A DNA stretch of 64,000 nucleotides from an uncultured Candidatus Saccharibacteria bacterium (GTDB lineage Bacteria; Patescibacteriota; SICC01). Shown here in pieces: positions 45,576 through 55,279 of this stretch. Location: positions 1,351 to 65,350 of the forward strand of contig CAYZCS010000001.1 of the NCBI GenBank assembly GCA_964476895.1. The letters are read 5' to 3'. The notes below the pieces were generated by a model. The model made no database searches, was not told the DNA's origin, and saw only the letters and a program-made list of their open reading frames with translations. Numbering within the stretch: the stretch's first letter is position 1; the number at the start of each line of letters is the position of its first letter. The position numbers were made by a program, and so were the translations under genes.

Positions 45576-46517
45576 TTATCCGCTTTCCCTAGCCTGCACG
45601 ACGACCTTCCCTCGCGGATGTCCCTCCTGCAGGTACGTGAGTGCATCGCCCGCCTGTTCCAGCGGGAACGTCTTGTCGATGATCGGCCGCACCGCCCCCT
45701 GGCCGACCAGTTCCGCCAGCTTCGTGAGCCGCTCCGCGGTCGCCTTGCCACGCACGGGAATCACTTCCACATCGTACTGCTCCGCACCTTCGAGCGGGCC
45801 GAACAGTTGCATCGAGGCGAGCCCGCCACCGGGCCGGAGCACCCTCAGTGAGTCCTTCGTCACGTCGCCGCCGACCGTATCAAGGACGGCATCACAGTCC
45901 CGGACCAAGTCGGTGAACGATTCGGCGCGGTAATCGATCGTCTCGTCGGCCCCGAGTTCTCGCGCGAATTCCCTGTCCTGGGCGCTGACTGTCGTGATCA
46001 CGTGCGCGCCAAGGTGCTTCGCGATCTGGATCGCCAGCGAGCCGATGCCGCCGGCACCGCCGTGGATCAACACCTTCTGCCCCTTGGACACGCCGAGGTG
46101 CTCGACGATCACCTGGTATGCGCTCGAGCCGGCCAGCGGCAGTGCGCCGGCATCCGTGAAGGATGTTCTCGGCGGCTTCGGCGCGAGCTGGCCTGCGGCC
46201 ACCGCGGTGAACTCGGCGAACGACCCGGCGCCACCCGTGGCATTGGTCGAGCCGTAGACCTCGTCACCGACCGCGATACCCGACACGCCCGGGCCGACTT
46301 CCGTGACCACCCCGGCCACGTCCCCGCCGAGCGTGGCCGGAAGTTCGAGTGATATCGAATCCTTGAAGTTCCCTGCCCGCAGTTTCGCGTCGAACGGGTT
46401 CACCCCGGCCGCGTGCACCTGGACGACCACCTGGCCACCCACCGCCTCCGGCTTCGGAACGTCACCCAGTACCGTCACTTCACTGCCGCCGTAGCCGGTG
46501 ATCCGGGATGCCTTCAC
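45576..46517 (-). CDS. NADP-dependent oxidoreductase (MDR / quinone-reductase-like)
   Basis: VHAAGVNPFD, LGGDVAG, VLIHGGAGGIG, IDY, GHPRGKVV. Confidence 0.92.
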   Translation of the reverse strand: MKASRITGYGGSEVTVLGDVPKPEAVGGQVVVQVHAAGVNPFDAKLRAGNFKDSISLELPATLGGDVAGVVTEVGPGVSGIAVGDEVYGSTNATGGAGSFAEFTAVAAGQLAPKPPRTSFTDAGALPLAGSSAYQVIVEHLGVSKGQKVLIHGGAGGIGSLAIQIAKHLGAHVITTVSAQDREFARELGADETIDYRAESFTDLVRDCDAVLDTVGGDVTKDSLRVLRPGGGLASMQLFGPLEGAEQYDVEVIPVRGKATAERLTKLAELVGQGAVRPIIDKTFPLEQAGDALTYLQEGHPRGKVVVQARESG

Positions 46518-46645
46518 CCTTCCAGCATAATAAGGGCGGCCGCCGCCGGCCAGGACGGCGTACCGCCGGCTTGATGGGAGTACCCTCATGTGCGATAACT
46601 GAACGTCGCCGTTCTTTTACATCGCAAGGCAACCGAAAGGATCAC

Positions 46646-47062
46646 ATGCGCGACATGAGGGCCGAGCGCGGTCTCGGCGACCCGAAGTACTGGTCGGAGC
46701 TGCCATCGATTGCGTTGCCGGGCGAGCCCGACGCCGAGCCGTTGCTATCCAACCCGGATGCGGACGTCGGTGCGGTCATCGACTCATGGAAGCAGGCGGC
46801 GGTGTTCAGGATCTCGAGTCCGCCCCTGCCCGTGACCAGTTGGCCCGCGTTCTACGTGGGGTGGTACGACGCTAACGGCTCCCTGCACCGGCTCGGCGTT
46901 CCCGTCGGACTCGATCAGTGGGGACATTTCGCCATGCGGATCGGGCACGAGGACGTGCAGTTCTTCATCATGCCCCTAAATCCGACGGCGAGGCTCGAGT
47001 GGGAGCTGGTCGGTGTCTACGACATCGACGACCCCGACATGACCGACGTCCCGCTGTACTAG
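46646..47062 (+). CDS. Orphan hypothetical protein (138 aa)
   Basis: GAAAGGA RBS, boxA-like GTTCTTTTACAT, structured 3' region. Confidence 0.65.
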   Translation: MRDMRAERGLGDPKYWSELPSIALPGEPDAEPLLSNPDADVGAVIDSWKQAAVFRISSPPLPVTSWPAFYVGWYDANGSLHRLGVPVGLDQWGHFAMRIGHEDVQFFIMPLNPTARLEWELVGVYDIDDPDMTDVPLY

Positions 47063-47120
47063 CCGTTCCGCCCGTTCCCGATCTACCGCACTCCAGCGGA
47101 CCATGATCAGGAACGGGCAT

Positions 47121-47157
47121 CTCCTGAGCGCATCTCACGACGAGGTGCCCTGAGGAG
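47121..47157 (+). repeat. Hairpin family C, copy 2
   Basis: ctcctgagcgcatctc(acgac)gaggtgccctgaggag, preceded by a second hairpin at 47070-47118. Confidence 0.7.
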
Positions 47158-47176
47158 AATCCCGACGGGTCCCCGC

Positions 47177-48925
47177 CTAGTCCCGCTTCCGCAGCTGGAT
47201 GTGCACGTCGCGGAGCTGTTCCGGGTCCAGTTCGCGCGGCGCCTGCATCATCGGGTCCTCGGCACGCTGGTTCTTTGGGAACGCGATCACCTCGCGGATG
47301 TTCGGCTGGTCCATCAGAAGCATCAGGAGCCGGTCCAGCCCCCAGGCGATTCCACCGTGCGGCGGCATGCCGTACTTGAAGGCTTTCAGGAAGTGCCCGA
47401 AGGCCTTTTCGAAGTGGTCTTCCTTGTAGCCGACCTTGCCGAAGACCTTTTGGAGCAGCTTCGGGTCGTGATTCCGGATCGCGCCGCCGGCGATCTCTTC
47501 GCCGTTCAGCACCAGGTCGTACTGGCGGCCGCGAACCTCCCCTAGCGACTCTTCATCGAGCGCCTCGGGATTGGCGACCATCGAGAACGGGTTGTGGCTG
47601 AAGTCCCAGTGGCCGGTGTCGTCGTCGCGCTCGTACATCGGGAACTCGGTGATCCAGGCGAACGCGAATACGTCCGGGTCGGCGAGGCCACGCTCGCGGC
47701 CAAGCCGGTGCCGGAGCGTCGAAAGCACCTTCGCCACCACCGGCGGCCGGTCGGCGACGAACAGCGCCAGGTCGCCGGCTTTCGTGCCGAGCGCCTGGTG
47801 CAGGGCCTGCTGCACGTCGTCCGCCAGGAACTTCGCGATCGGACTCTCGAACGTTCCCTGCTCCGGGACCTTGAGCCAGGCCAGGCCCTTCGCGCCTTCC
47901 TCGGTCGCGAACGCGGTGAGCGCGTCGACCTCGCCGCGGCTAAGGTCCGCGGCATCCGGCACGACGATCGCCTTCACCTGGTCGGCGCCCGTGAATACCT
48001 TGAAGTCACTCTTCCGGACTACGTCCGTCACGTCCCGAAGCTCCATCCCGAACCGGAGGTCGGGGCGGTCCGTTCCGAACCGCTCCAGCGCCTCGCGGTG
48101 CGCCAGACGCGGGAACGGCGTCTTGAGTATCTTCTTCTTGGTGAACTGCTTGGTGAGGTCGGTCGCGAGCTGCTCGTTCAGCCCGATCACGTCTGCTTCC
48201 TCGACGAACGTCATCTCCACGTCGATCTGCGTGAACTCGGGCTGGCGGTCGCCGCGGAGGTCCTCGTCGCGGAACACCCGGGCGATCTGGTAGTACTGGT
48301 CCATCCCGCCGACCATCAGGAGCTGCTTGAAGAGCTGGGGCGCCTGCGGCAGCGCGTAGAACGCGTGCGGATGCACGCGGCTCGGCACGACGAAGTCACG
48401 CGCGCCTTCCGGCGAACTGCTGGTCAGGAGCGGCGTTTCCACCTCCGTGAATCCGCGTTTGTCGTGGAAGTCGCGGATCGCCTTGATGATCCGGTGCCGG
48501 AGCCGGACACGGTCACCCACGTCCTTCCGGAGGTCCAGGTATCGGTGCTTCAACCGTAACTCTTCGCCGACCTCTTCCTGCGAATCGATCTCGAACGGCG
48601 GCGTCTGCGACTCGGCCAGGACGGTCACCTCCTCCACGGCCACCTCCACGTCGCCGGTCGCGAGGTCCTTGTTGACGGTCTCCTTCGAACGCTTCCGTAC
48701 CGCGCCGGTCACCTGCAGGACCCATTCCGGCCGGACGCGGTCGGCCGCCTTGAACGCCGCTTCCTGCTCCGGGTGCAGGACCAGCTGGGTCAGGCCGTAG
48801 CGATCGCGCAGGTCGATGAAAATCAGCCCGCCGTGGTCCCGGCGCCGATGTACCCAACCGGCCAGCGTGACGGTCTTGCCGGCATGCTTCGGCCGGAGTT
48901 CTCCGAGCGTGTGTGTTCGCAGCAT
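47177..48925 (-). CDS. aspS: Aspartate--tRNA ligase (probably non-discriminating Asp/Asn)
   Basis: GWVHRRRDHGG, PEGARDF, LPQAPQ, FRDEDLRGDRQPEFTQ, PPHGG.AWGLDR. The DHGG His is typical of ND-AspRS. Confidence 0.97.
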   Translation of the reverse strand: MLRTHTLGELRPKHAGKTVTLAGWVHRRRDHGGLIFIDLRDRYGLTQLVLHPEQEAAFKAADRVRPEWVLQVTGAVRKRSKETVNKDLATGDVEVAVEEVTVLAESQTPPFEIDSQEEVGEELRLKHRYLDLRKDVGDRVRLRHRIIKAIRDFHDKRGFTEVETPLLTSSSPEGARDFVVPSRVHPHAFYALPQAPQLFKQLLMVGGMDQYYQIARVFRDEDLRGDRQPEFTQIDVEMTFVEEADVIGLNEQLATDLTKQFTKKKILKTPFPRLAHREALERFGTDRPDLRFGMELRDVTDVVRKSDFKVFTGADQVKAIVVPDAADLSRGEVDALTAFATEEGAKGLAWLKVPEQGTFESPIAKFLADDVQQALHQALGTKAGDLALFVADRPPVVAKVLSTLRHRLGRERGLADPDVFAFAWITEFPMYERDDDTGHWDFSHNPFSMVANPEALDEESLGEVRGRQYDLVLNGEEIAGGAIRNHDPKLLQKVFGKVGYKEDHFEKAFGHFLKAFKYGMPPHGGIAWGLDRLLMLLMDQPNIREVIAFPKNQRAEDPMMQAPRELDPEQLRDVHIQLRKRD

Positions 48926-48985
48926 ACGCCCAGTGTACCAACAAGCCGTACGGATGCGGCAGGGCGTGCGTCGCCGACTCAAAGG

Positions 48986-49603
48986 TCACTTCGGCGGCGC
49001 CGGGATCGGATTCGCCCGGAGCGCTTCCGCCACGGCGTAGAGATTCGCGGCGGCCGTCTTGCCGGTCGACTCCGACCAGTCGTGTCCCTGCTCCGTCTCG
49101 GTATAGTTCTGGCCGCCGCCCGGTCCGATGTTCCAGTACGTCCAGGACTGGCCCGGCACCGTGAAGCCGATCTCGATCAGCGCCGCCTCTACCTCGGCAA
49201 CCACCCAGTGCGCGCCGTCCGACGTGCCGGTCACCACGATCCCGGCGACCTTGTTGTACGCGGGCGGGTGACCCGCGTCGTCCGTCTCGAAGATCATCGC
49301 GTCTAGCCGCTCCAGCACCCGCTTGGCCATGCTGGACTGCTGCCCGAGCCAGGTCGGCGTGGCGATCACCAGGATATCCGCCGCCAGGACTTGCTTGCGG
49401 ATGGATGGCCACTCGTCGCCGGCACCCTCATCGTTGCTCACCCCCGGGTGGACGTCGTAATCCACGACGCGGACCAGCTCGGTTTCCGCACCCTTTTCCT
49501 GGAGCTCCCGCTCCACGACCCTGGCTAATTCCTCCGTGTTCGATGTCTCAGGTGATGGTTTGAGCGTGCAGCCGAGAACGAGCGCCTTGATCGGTCTTGT
49601 CAT
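48986..49603 (-). CDS. Flavodoxin-like NAD(P)H-dependent FMN reductase family protein
   Basis: SNTE.L, ADILVIATPTWLG, ERLDA, NKVAG. Confidence 0.88.
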   Translation of the reverse strand: MTRPIKALVLGCTLKPSPETSNTEELARVVERELQEKGAETELVRVVDYDVHPGVSNDEGAGDEWPSIRKQVLAADILVIATPTWLGQQSSMAKRVLERLDAMIFETDDAGHPPAYNKVAGIVVTGTSDGAHWVVAEVEAALIEIGFTVPGQSWTYWNIGPGGGQNYTETEQGHDWSESTGKTAAANLYAVAEALRANPIPAPPK

Positions 49604-49666
49604 GGAAACATGATGCGCGCATGCGCCCGGCGCCGCATTGGAGAGGTACACAAAGACCGGAACGGG

Positions 49667-51377
49667 TCAGGAAACGGTTTCCTTGAGCCGTTTCTTGACT
49701 TGCTCTTTCAGCTTGCCCGGGCGCGAGGACCCCGCGCCGATACCGCGCAGGACCGCTTCGAAGTCCCGCAACCCGTACCGTTCCACCTGCCGGCGGATGT
49801 CCTCGGGAGTCAGGAGGGCCAGCGGATCATCGACCCGGATTCCCTTTTTCCGTAATTCCTTGTCGTCACGGAGGAGCTCGAACACGATCTGCCTGCCGCG
49901 CTCCCCGAATCCTTCGGGGTCCGCTTCCTTGATCGCCCGCCGGATCCGCGACCGGGACCGCCGGGTGCTCACCTTGTCCAGCCAGCTCTCCCGCCAGGTC
50001 TCGCGCTTGTTCCGCTGTGAGCCGTAATCCACCCGGACCCGGTCGCCGTACGAAAGCCGGTCCTCGAAGCCGGCGCGCGTGCCGTTGATTTCGACACCCC
50101 GCGTCCGGAGCGCCCGCCGGCTATGGATCTCGAACGCGAAGTCGAGCGCGGTCGCGCCATGCGGCAGGTCGAAGAGGTTTCCGTCGGGAGCGAAGACCAG
50201 TAGCCTCGGGGCCAGCCCTGAAAGGTCGCCGTCCGGCCGGTGCCTGATCTCCGCCGCGGCCAGGTCGCGCCAGCGGTACATCCGGTTCGGACGTCGATCC
50301 CCATCCTTGCGGAACGTACCCGGTGTCAGCTTGGTGGCCGCTTCATAGAACATATGCGAAGCGTTGGGGTCCGATTCAGCGTGTTCGTGCATGGCCGAGG
50401 TCCGGATCTGTACTTCGAGTTGCGGGTACCCGGCCGGCGCCTCGCGCGCGGAACGATCCTCTAACGTCAGATGAAGGCTGCGGTACCCGTTCGGCTTGGG
50501 GTTGGCGATGTAATCCTTGAACCGCCCGAGGTCGGGATCGAACGCCTCGTTGATCGCGCTCATGGCGCTGTAGCAGTGTGCGATCGCCGCTTCCTCGTCC
50601 AAACCGGAATCGATTACCGCGCGAACACCGATGAAGTCAGTGATCCGGTAGTCGGTACGGCCGTCTTTCGCGCACTTCCGCCAGATGCTGTAGTACCGCT
50701 TGCGGCGAGCTTCGACGCTGAGATGGCCGGACAACCCAGGAAGCTCCTTCTCCACCTCTTCCCGGATTTCCCGGCGATACTTTCCGGCGGCGGCGTCCAA
50801 CGCTCTCCGCTCCCCGAGCGCGACGTAGGTATCGATGATCTCTTGTCGCTCTTTTGGAAAGAGCACTTCGAACGCCCTTTCTTCCAGCGCTTCCTTCTGC
50901 CGTTGCGAACCGATGATCTCGGCGGCCGGAGCCCAGATCCAGAAGGCCTGCCGGGCCAAAATCCTCGGTCCGCTCGGATGGCTCGGCAAGCCTGGCATGG
51001 GCAAGTTCCAGGAACGCCTCCAGATTCGAGCGATTCCCCGCGGCCTCCAACAGTAACTTGATGTGATTCTCGATGGTCCGGTTGTGCGTGTGCTTCTGGA
51101 CCTCGATGTTGTTCTCCGGCACCAGGGCCTTCACATGACCCATGACCTCGAGCCTTCCCGCCAGGTCCTCGGCCGGTGGCAAGTCCTGCCAATCCACCCC
51201 TGCATACGCCGGTCGGTCGCTCTCCAGCGCCGCGAGGATCCGCTGCCACCCTCCGGCATCCACCGACTCGACGGCGCGAGCCGTCTCCGGCTCAAGCCGG
51301 ACAGTACCGAATGGCGGCTCGCCCCGACCGTCCTTTTCGGGAACAGGATCCAGGGCGGGTTCGGGTCGGTCGCTCAT
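49667..51377 (-). pseudogene. RelA/SpoT-family (p)ppGpp synthetase (SYNTH+TGS) split by a +1 frameshift near 50960
   Basis: The 5' frame reads ...AEPSERTED. Removing one T from GATTTTGGCC joins it to LARQAFWIWAPAAEIIG...RRKRYYSIWRK, DFIGVR, KDYIANPKPNGYRSLH, EVQIRT and TGS (DLPHGATALDFAFEIH). Confidence 0.8.
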
Positions 51378-51389
51378 GACTGCGTGGTA

Positions 51390-52373
51390 TTACAGTTCGG
51401 CAAAGGCCGTCCTGGCATCCAGCCCAGCCTGCCGCGAACGTTCCTCGAGGATCGGCCGCAGCCTTTCCTCGGCCTCGGCAATGACCCGCCGCGCGTACTT
51501 GATCGAGACGCCAAGCTCTCGGGCGGTGTCGCGAATCCCTTTCGGCTCTTCTTCGCCAAGGCCATACCGTAGCTGCAGCGCCCGGACCAGACGCTCGTCC
51601 TCGGATTGTTCCAGGTCCTTGATCGATTCCCCCAGCGCCGACATCAGACGTCGTCTGGTATCCTCGTCTGTGACTATTTCCTCGGGAGCACCGCTCTGCT
51701 TGTCCACTTGAAGTTCCCCGAGCGTCGTATCACCGTCACCGCCTTTTACCGGACTGTCGAGCGATACCGCCGGCTCGTCTATGTCGCGGAGTGCGTCGAC
51801 TTCCGCCGGTTCCCTCCCGAGTTCCGCGGCGACTTCTTCAGCGGTCGGCTCGCGGTTCAGGAGGGACGTCAACCGGTTCTCTGCGCGGCGCATCTTGGCG
51901 ATCTCCTGTCCGATGTGGATCGGAACACGCGCCGTCCGACCCTCGTTGTAGAGCCCGCGCGACATGCTCTGACGGATCCACCAGGTCGCGTAAGTCGAGA
52001 ACTTATACCCGCGCCGCCAATCGAACTTTTCCGCGGCCCTGATCAGTCCCATGCTGCCGTGCTGAATCAGGTCGAGCTTATGAAGACCGTGACCCTCATA
52101 GCGCTTCGTGAGCGAGACCACTAGCCGGAGGTTCGAATTGATCAAGTGCTGCTTCGCCTCCAGGTCACCCCGTTCGATCCGTTTGGCCAGGTCCACCTCT
52201 TGTTCAGCCGTCAGCAGAGGATGCTTCTGGATGTCACGGAAATACAGGTCGAGTCCGTCTTCCGGCATGACATCGGCAACGGCCGTTTCGGCGGAAGCAG
52301 CTTCCGTGGAAACTGCTTCCGCGGGAACCACTTCCGCGTCTGATATTTCGTACTGTAGCGCTGTTTCTGCCAT
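51390..52373 (-). CDS. Sigma-70 family RNA polymerase sigma factor (RpoD/RpoS-like, no region 1.1)
   Basis: LLTAEQE, NLRLVVS, DLIQHGSMGLIRAAEKFD, KFSTYATWWIRQ, SLD.P; region 4 is divergent. Confidence 0.92.
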   Translation of the reverse strand: MAETALQYEISDAEVVPAEAVSTEAASAETAVADVMPEDGLDLYFRDIQKHPLLTAEQEVDLAKRIERGDLEAKQHLINSNLRLVVSLTKRYEGHGLHKLDLIQHGSMGLIRAAEKFDWRRGYKFSTYATWWIRQSMSRGLYNEGRTARVPIHIGQEIAKMRRAENRLTSLLNREPTAEEVAAELGREPAEVDALRDIDEPAVSLDSPVKGGDGDTTLGELQVDKQSGAPEEIVTDEDTRRRLMSALGESIKDLEQSEDERLVRALQLRYGLGEEEPKGIRDTARELGVSIKYARRVIAEAEERLRPILEERSRQAGLDARTAFAEL

Positions 52374-52516
52374 AAAAAAGTGGGTTTGGCAGTGTAGTAT
52401 AACACGCCACTACGTAAGAGACGGGTACCGAAAAACTCCCACGATAGATAAAGGCCGGCAAATTCTGGGGAATCTGCCGGCCTGAGCCGTACGATGGCCG
52501 AAGCCTTACGGGTCGC

Positions 52517-52798
52517 TCACAAGTTACCGAGGTGCCCGCCGATCTCGTAGGCGATGAGAATCGCCGCGATACCGACGAGCGTGCTGCCCACGGTCCGAAG
52601 ACCGCTGACATTCTCCGGCAGGTTGTAGATCCAGAACAGCACCGCCCAGATGCTCAGGATGAACCAAGCGTAGAAGAATCCGGCGTCGTCACCGAGCTTC
52701 ACGCCGACGTACCGGAGCACCACGCTGACCGTGAGCACCAGGGTGATCCAGAAGAACGTTCCGGGCCTGCGCGCCGGAGGGTAATCCGCCGCCTCCAT
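52517..52798 (-). CDS. Small three-TM membrane protein
   Basis: GAGGAG RBS; three hydrophobic segments. Confidence 0.65.
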   Translation of the reverse strand: MEAADYPPARRPGTFFWITLVLTVSVVLRYVGVKLGDDAGFFYAWFILSIWAVLFWIYNLPENVSGLRTVGSTLVGIAAILIAYEIGGHLGNL

Positions 52799-52896
52799 AC
52801 TTCTCCTCTCATGTGATGTCTGATGGGAAAGAACGACTAGTCAGTTTAGTGCACGACCGACCAATGGACAACCGAAGCGTACGGTACCATGGGCAG

Positions 52897-53910
52897 GTGA
52901 AACGGGACGCGAAAGTAGTGGTGATCGGCGGCGGGACGGGCACGTTCGCCACGCTTTCCGCGCTCAAGGGCCGTGTCGGCCATCTCAGCGGGATCGTGAA
53001 CATGGTGGACGACGGCGGCTCCACCGGCGTGCTGCGCGACGAACTCGGCGTCCTTCCGCCCGGCGACGTCCGGCAGTGCCTGGTCGCCCTGGCCAGCGAT
53101 ACCAGCCACATGCGGAAGCTGATGAATTACCGGTTCACCGACGGCACGTTCCAAGGCCATCCGTTCGGGAACCTGTTCCTGTCCGTCCTGGAGAAGACCA
53201 CCGGAGGCTTCGCCGACGCGGTCAAGACGGCCGGCGAGATCCTGGCGATCGAGGGCGAGGTCATCCCGGTCACTACGGATGACATCCGCCTCTGCCGGCG
53301 GCAGCCGGACGGGACGGTCATCAAGGGCGAGGGTACGATCCAGGACTCGTTCTTCGAGCACGGCGAGAACGCGGATATCTACCTCGAACCGCGAGCGGTA
53401 CTCAACGAGGAGGCTGCCCGGGCGATCAAGGAAGCAGACCTGGTCGTCTTCGGCCCCGGCAACTTCTACTGCTCCCTGGTACCGAACCTCCTGGTCGAAG
53501 GCATGCCCGAGGCGCTCGGGGCGGCGGCCGGCAGACGCGTATTCATCTGCAACCTGGTCAACAAGCCGCACCAGACCGCGGGATTCAAGGTGCATGACTA
53601 CGTCGAGCGGCTCGAGCGGCACGCCAAGCCGGGCCTGTTCGACTACGTCCTGTACGATTCCAGCCGCCCGAGCGAGGAACTGCTGGCCCGTTACCAGGAG
53701 GCCGGGGAGGAGTGGGTCGAGCACGATCCGGCCGCGTTCGAGGGTAAGCCGTACCGCGCGATCGGCACGGATCTCCTCTCCACCGCCCCGCCCGAGCGGC
53801 GCGGCAGCGGCCCCAAGCAGGCCGCGGTCACCCGTAACCTGATCCGGCATGATCCGGAAAAGCTGGCGGCGGTGATCCTGCGCGAGCTGCTCCCAGGCCC
53901 CGGGGCTTGA
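52897..53910 (+). CDS. yvcK: YvcK/GlmR (CofD-like) UDP-GlcNAc-binding protein
   Basis: VVIGGGTG, DDGGSTG.LR, PPGDVRQCL, GHPFGNL, GPGNFYCSLVPNL, IRHDP.KLA. Confidence 0.92.
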   Translation: MKRDAKVVVIGGGTGTFATLSALKGRVGHLSGIVNMVDDGGSTGVLRDELGVLPPGDVRQCLVALASDTSHMRKLMNYRFTDGTFQGHPFGNLFLSVLEKTTGGFADAVKTAGEILAIEGEVIPVTTDDIRLCRRQPDGTVIKGEGTIQDSFFEHGENADIYLEPRAVLNEEAARAIKEADLVVFGPGNFYCSLVPNLLVEGMPEALGAAAGRRVFICNLVNKPHQTAGFKVHDYVERLERHAKPGLFDYVLYDSSRPSEELLARYQEAGEEWVEHDPAAFEGKPYRAIGTDLLSTAPPERRGSGPKQAAVTRNLIRHDPEKLAAVILRELLPGPGA

Positions 53911-54019
53911 CAGGAGCCGAAAAAAAGCCCATAATCAACGATTGTTCTGATGGATAGGAGCTGTAGTTACATTCTCGCTGTTCAGCCGAACAGCGATATC
54001 TACTACCACAAAGGATCCT

Positions 54020-55279
54020 ATGTCCCATCAATCATCCCGTTCACCGCGGCGTAATCGCCGCACATTCAATTCGAATAAGCCCGGCCGGCCGAACCGGTCC
54101 GGCAATTTCCGGCGCGGCGGTTCTCCGTCACGCGGCGGAGGCGGCCGCGGCCGCGCCAAGGCGCAGATCGACCCACGACGGTTCGTAAACGCCGCCACGA
54201 TCCCGGCCGAGATCGTGCCCTACGACCCCCACCACTCGTTCGACGATTTCCCCTTCGAGCCGAAACTGAAGGAAGCGATCCGGGCCAAGGGCTTCGAACA
54301 TCCGACCGCGATCCAGGACCAGGCCATTCCCCACGTGCTGGCCGGCAAGGACCTGGTCGGCCTCGCCAACACCGGCACCGGCAAGACGGCGGGCTTCGTG
54401 CTGCCGATCATCCACCGGCTGGCCACCAAGCAATCCAAGATGGCCTTGATCGTGGCGCCGACCCGCGAGCTCGCCAAGCAGATCAACGACGAGTTCCTCG
54501 ACTTCGGCAAGCGGTTCGGCTATTCCAGCGCGGTGTGCGTGGGCGGCATGCGCGAGCAGCCGCAGATCTCCGCGCTCTACCGGAAACCACAGGTGGTGAT
54601 CGGTACGCCGGGCCGTCTCAAGGACTTCGTGAACCAGAAGCACCTGCGGCTCGACCAGTGCGATACCTTCGTGCTCGACGAAGCCGACCGCATGCTCGAC
54701 ATGGGCTTCGTCCACGACATGAAGTTCCTGATGCAGCACCTCCCCACCCACCGGCAATCGCTCTGTTTCTCCGCGACGATCACGCCGGAAGTCGAGCGGA
54801 TCATCGCCGAGCTGCTCCGCGACCCGGTGACCGTCTCGGTCCGTTCGACCGTCACCAGCGAGCATATCGAACAGGAAGTGATCCATGCCGACAGCAGGGA
54901 AGAGAAGCTCGACCATCTGGTGCAGATGCTCTCGAAGCCCGACTTCGGACGGGTGCTGGTATTCGGCGAGACGAAGTTCGGCGTGAAGCGCCTGGCGGAG
55001 AAGCTGAACAAGGCCGGCATCGAGGCTGCCGAGATCCATGGCAACCGCAACCAGAGCCAGCGCCAGCGGGCCCTCGATTCGTTCAAGCGCGGACGGGTGC
55101 GGGTCCTGGTCGCTACCGACGTGGCGGCGCGCGGCATCGACGTCGACGACGTCAGCCACGTGATCAATTACGACACGCCGGGCTCATACGAGGACTACGT
55201 CCACCGGATCGGCCGTACCGGCCGGGCCGGCAAGGGCGGTTCCGCGATCACGTTCGTGCCTCGGTCAGTCGCGCGATAG
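54020..55279 (+). CDS. DEAD-box RNA helicase
   Basis: PTAIQ, TGTGKT, PTRELA, TPGRL, DEAD, SAT, ARGID, HRIGRTGR. Confidence 0.96.
   Translation: MSHQSSRSPRRNRRTFNSNKPGRPNRSGNFRRGGSPSRGGGGRGRAKAQIDPRRFVNAATIPAEIVPYDPHHSFDDFPFEPKLKEAIRAKGFEHPTAIQDQAIPHVLAGKDLVGLANTGTGKTAGFVLPIIHRLATKQSKMALIVAPTRELAKQINDEFLDFGKRFGYSSAVCVGGMREQPQISALYRKPQVVIGTPGRLKDFVNQKHLRLDQCDTFVLDEADRMLDMGFVHDMKFLMQHLPTHRQSLCFSATITPEVERIIAELLRDPVTVSVRSTVTSEHIEQEVIHADSREEKLDHLVQMLSKPDFGRVLVFGETKFGVKRLAEKLNKAGIEAAEIHGNRNQSQRQRALDSFKRGRVRVLVATDVAARGIDVDDVSHVINYDTPGSYEDYVHRIGRTGRAGKGGSAITFVPRSVAR

Noticed and set aside
29821-47160. Prophage or integrative element at ssrA
   Set aside because: No integrase or phage structural gene, and I could not find a duplicated ssrA 3' end; treated only as an accessory-gene region.
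53967-54000. Hairpin tcgctgttc/gaacagcga in the DEAD-box helicase leader as a riboswitch or thermosensor
   Set aside because: A single stem with no recognisable aptamer; structured leaders are common for these genes, so no specific call can be made.
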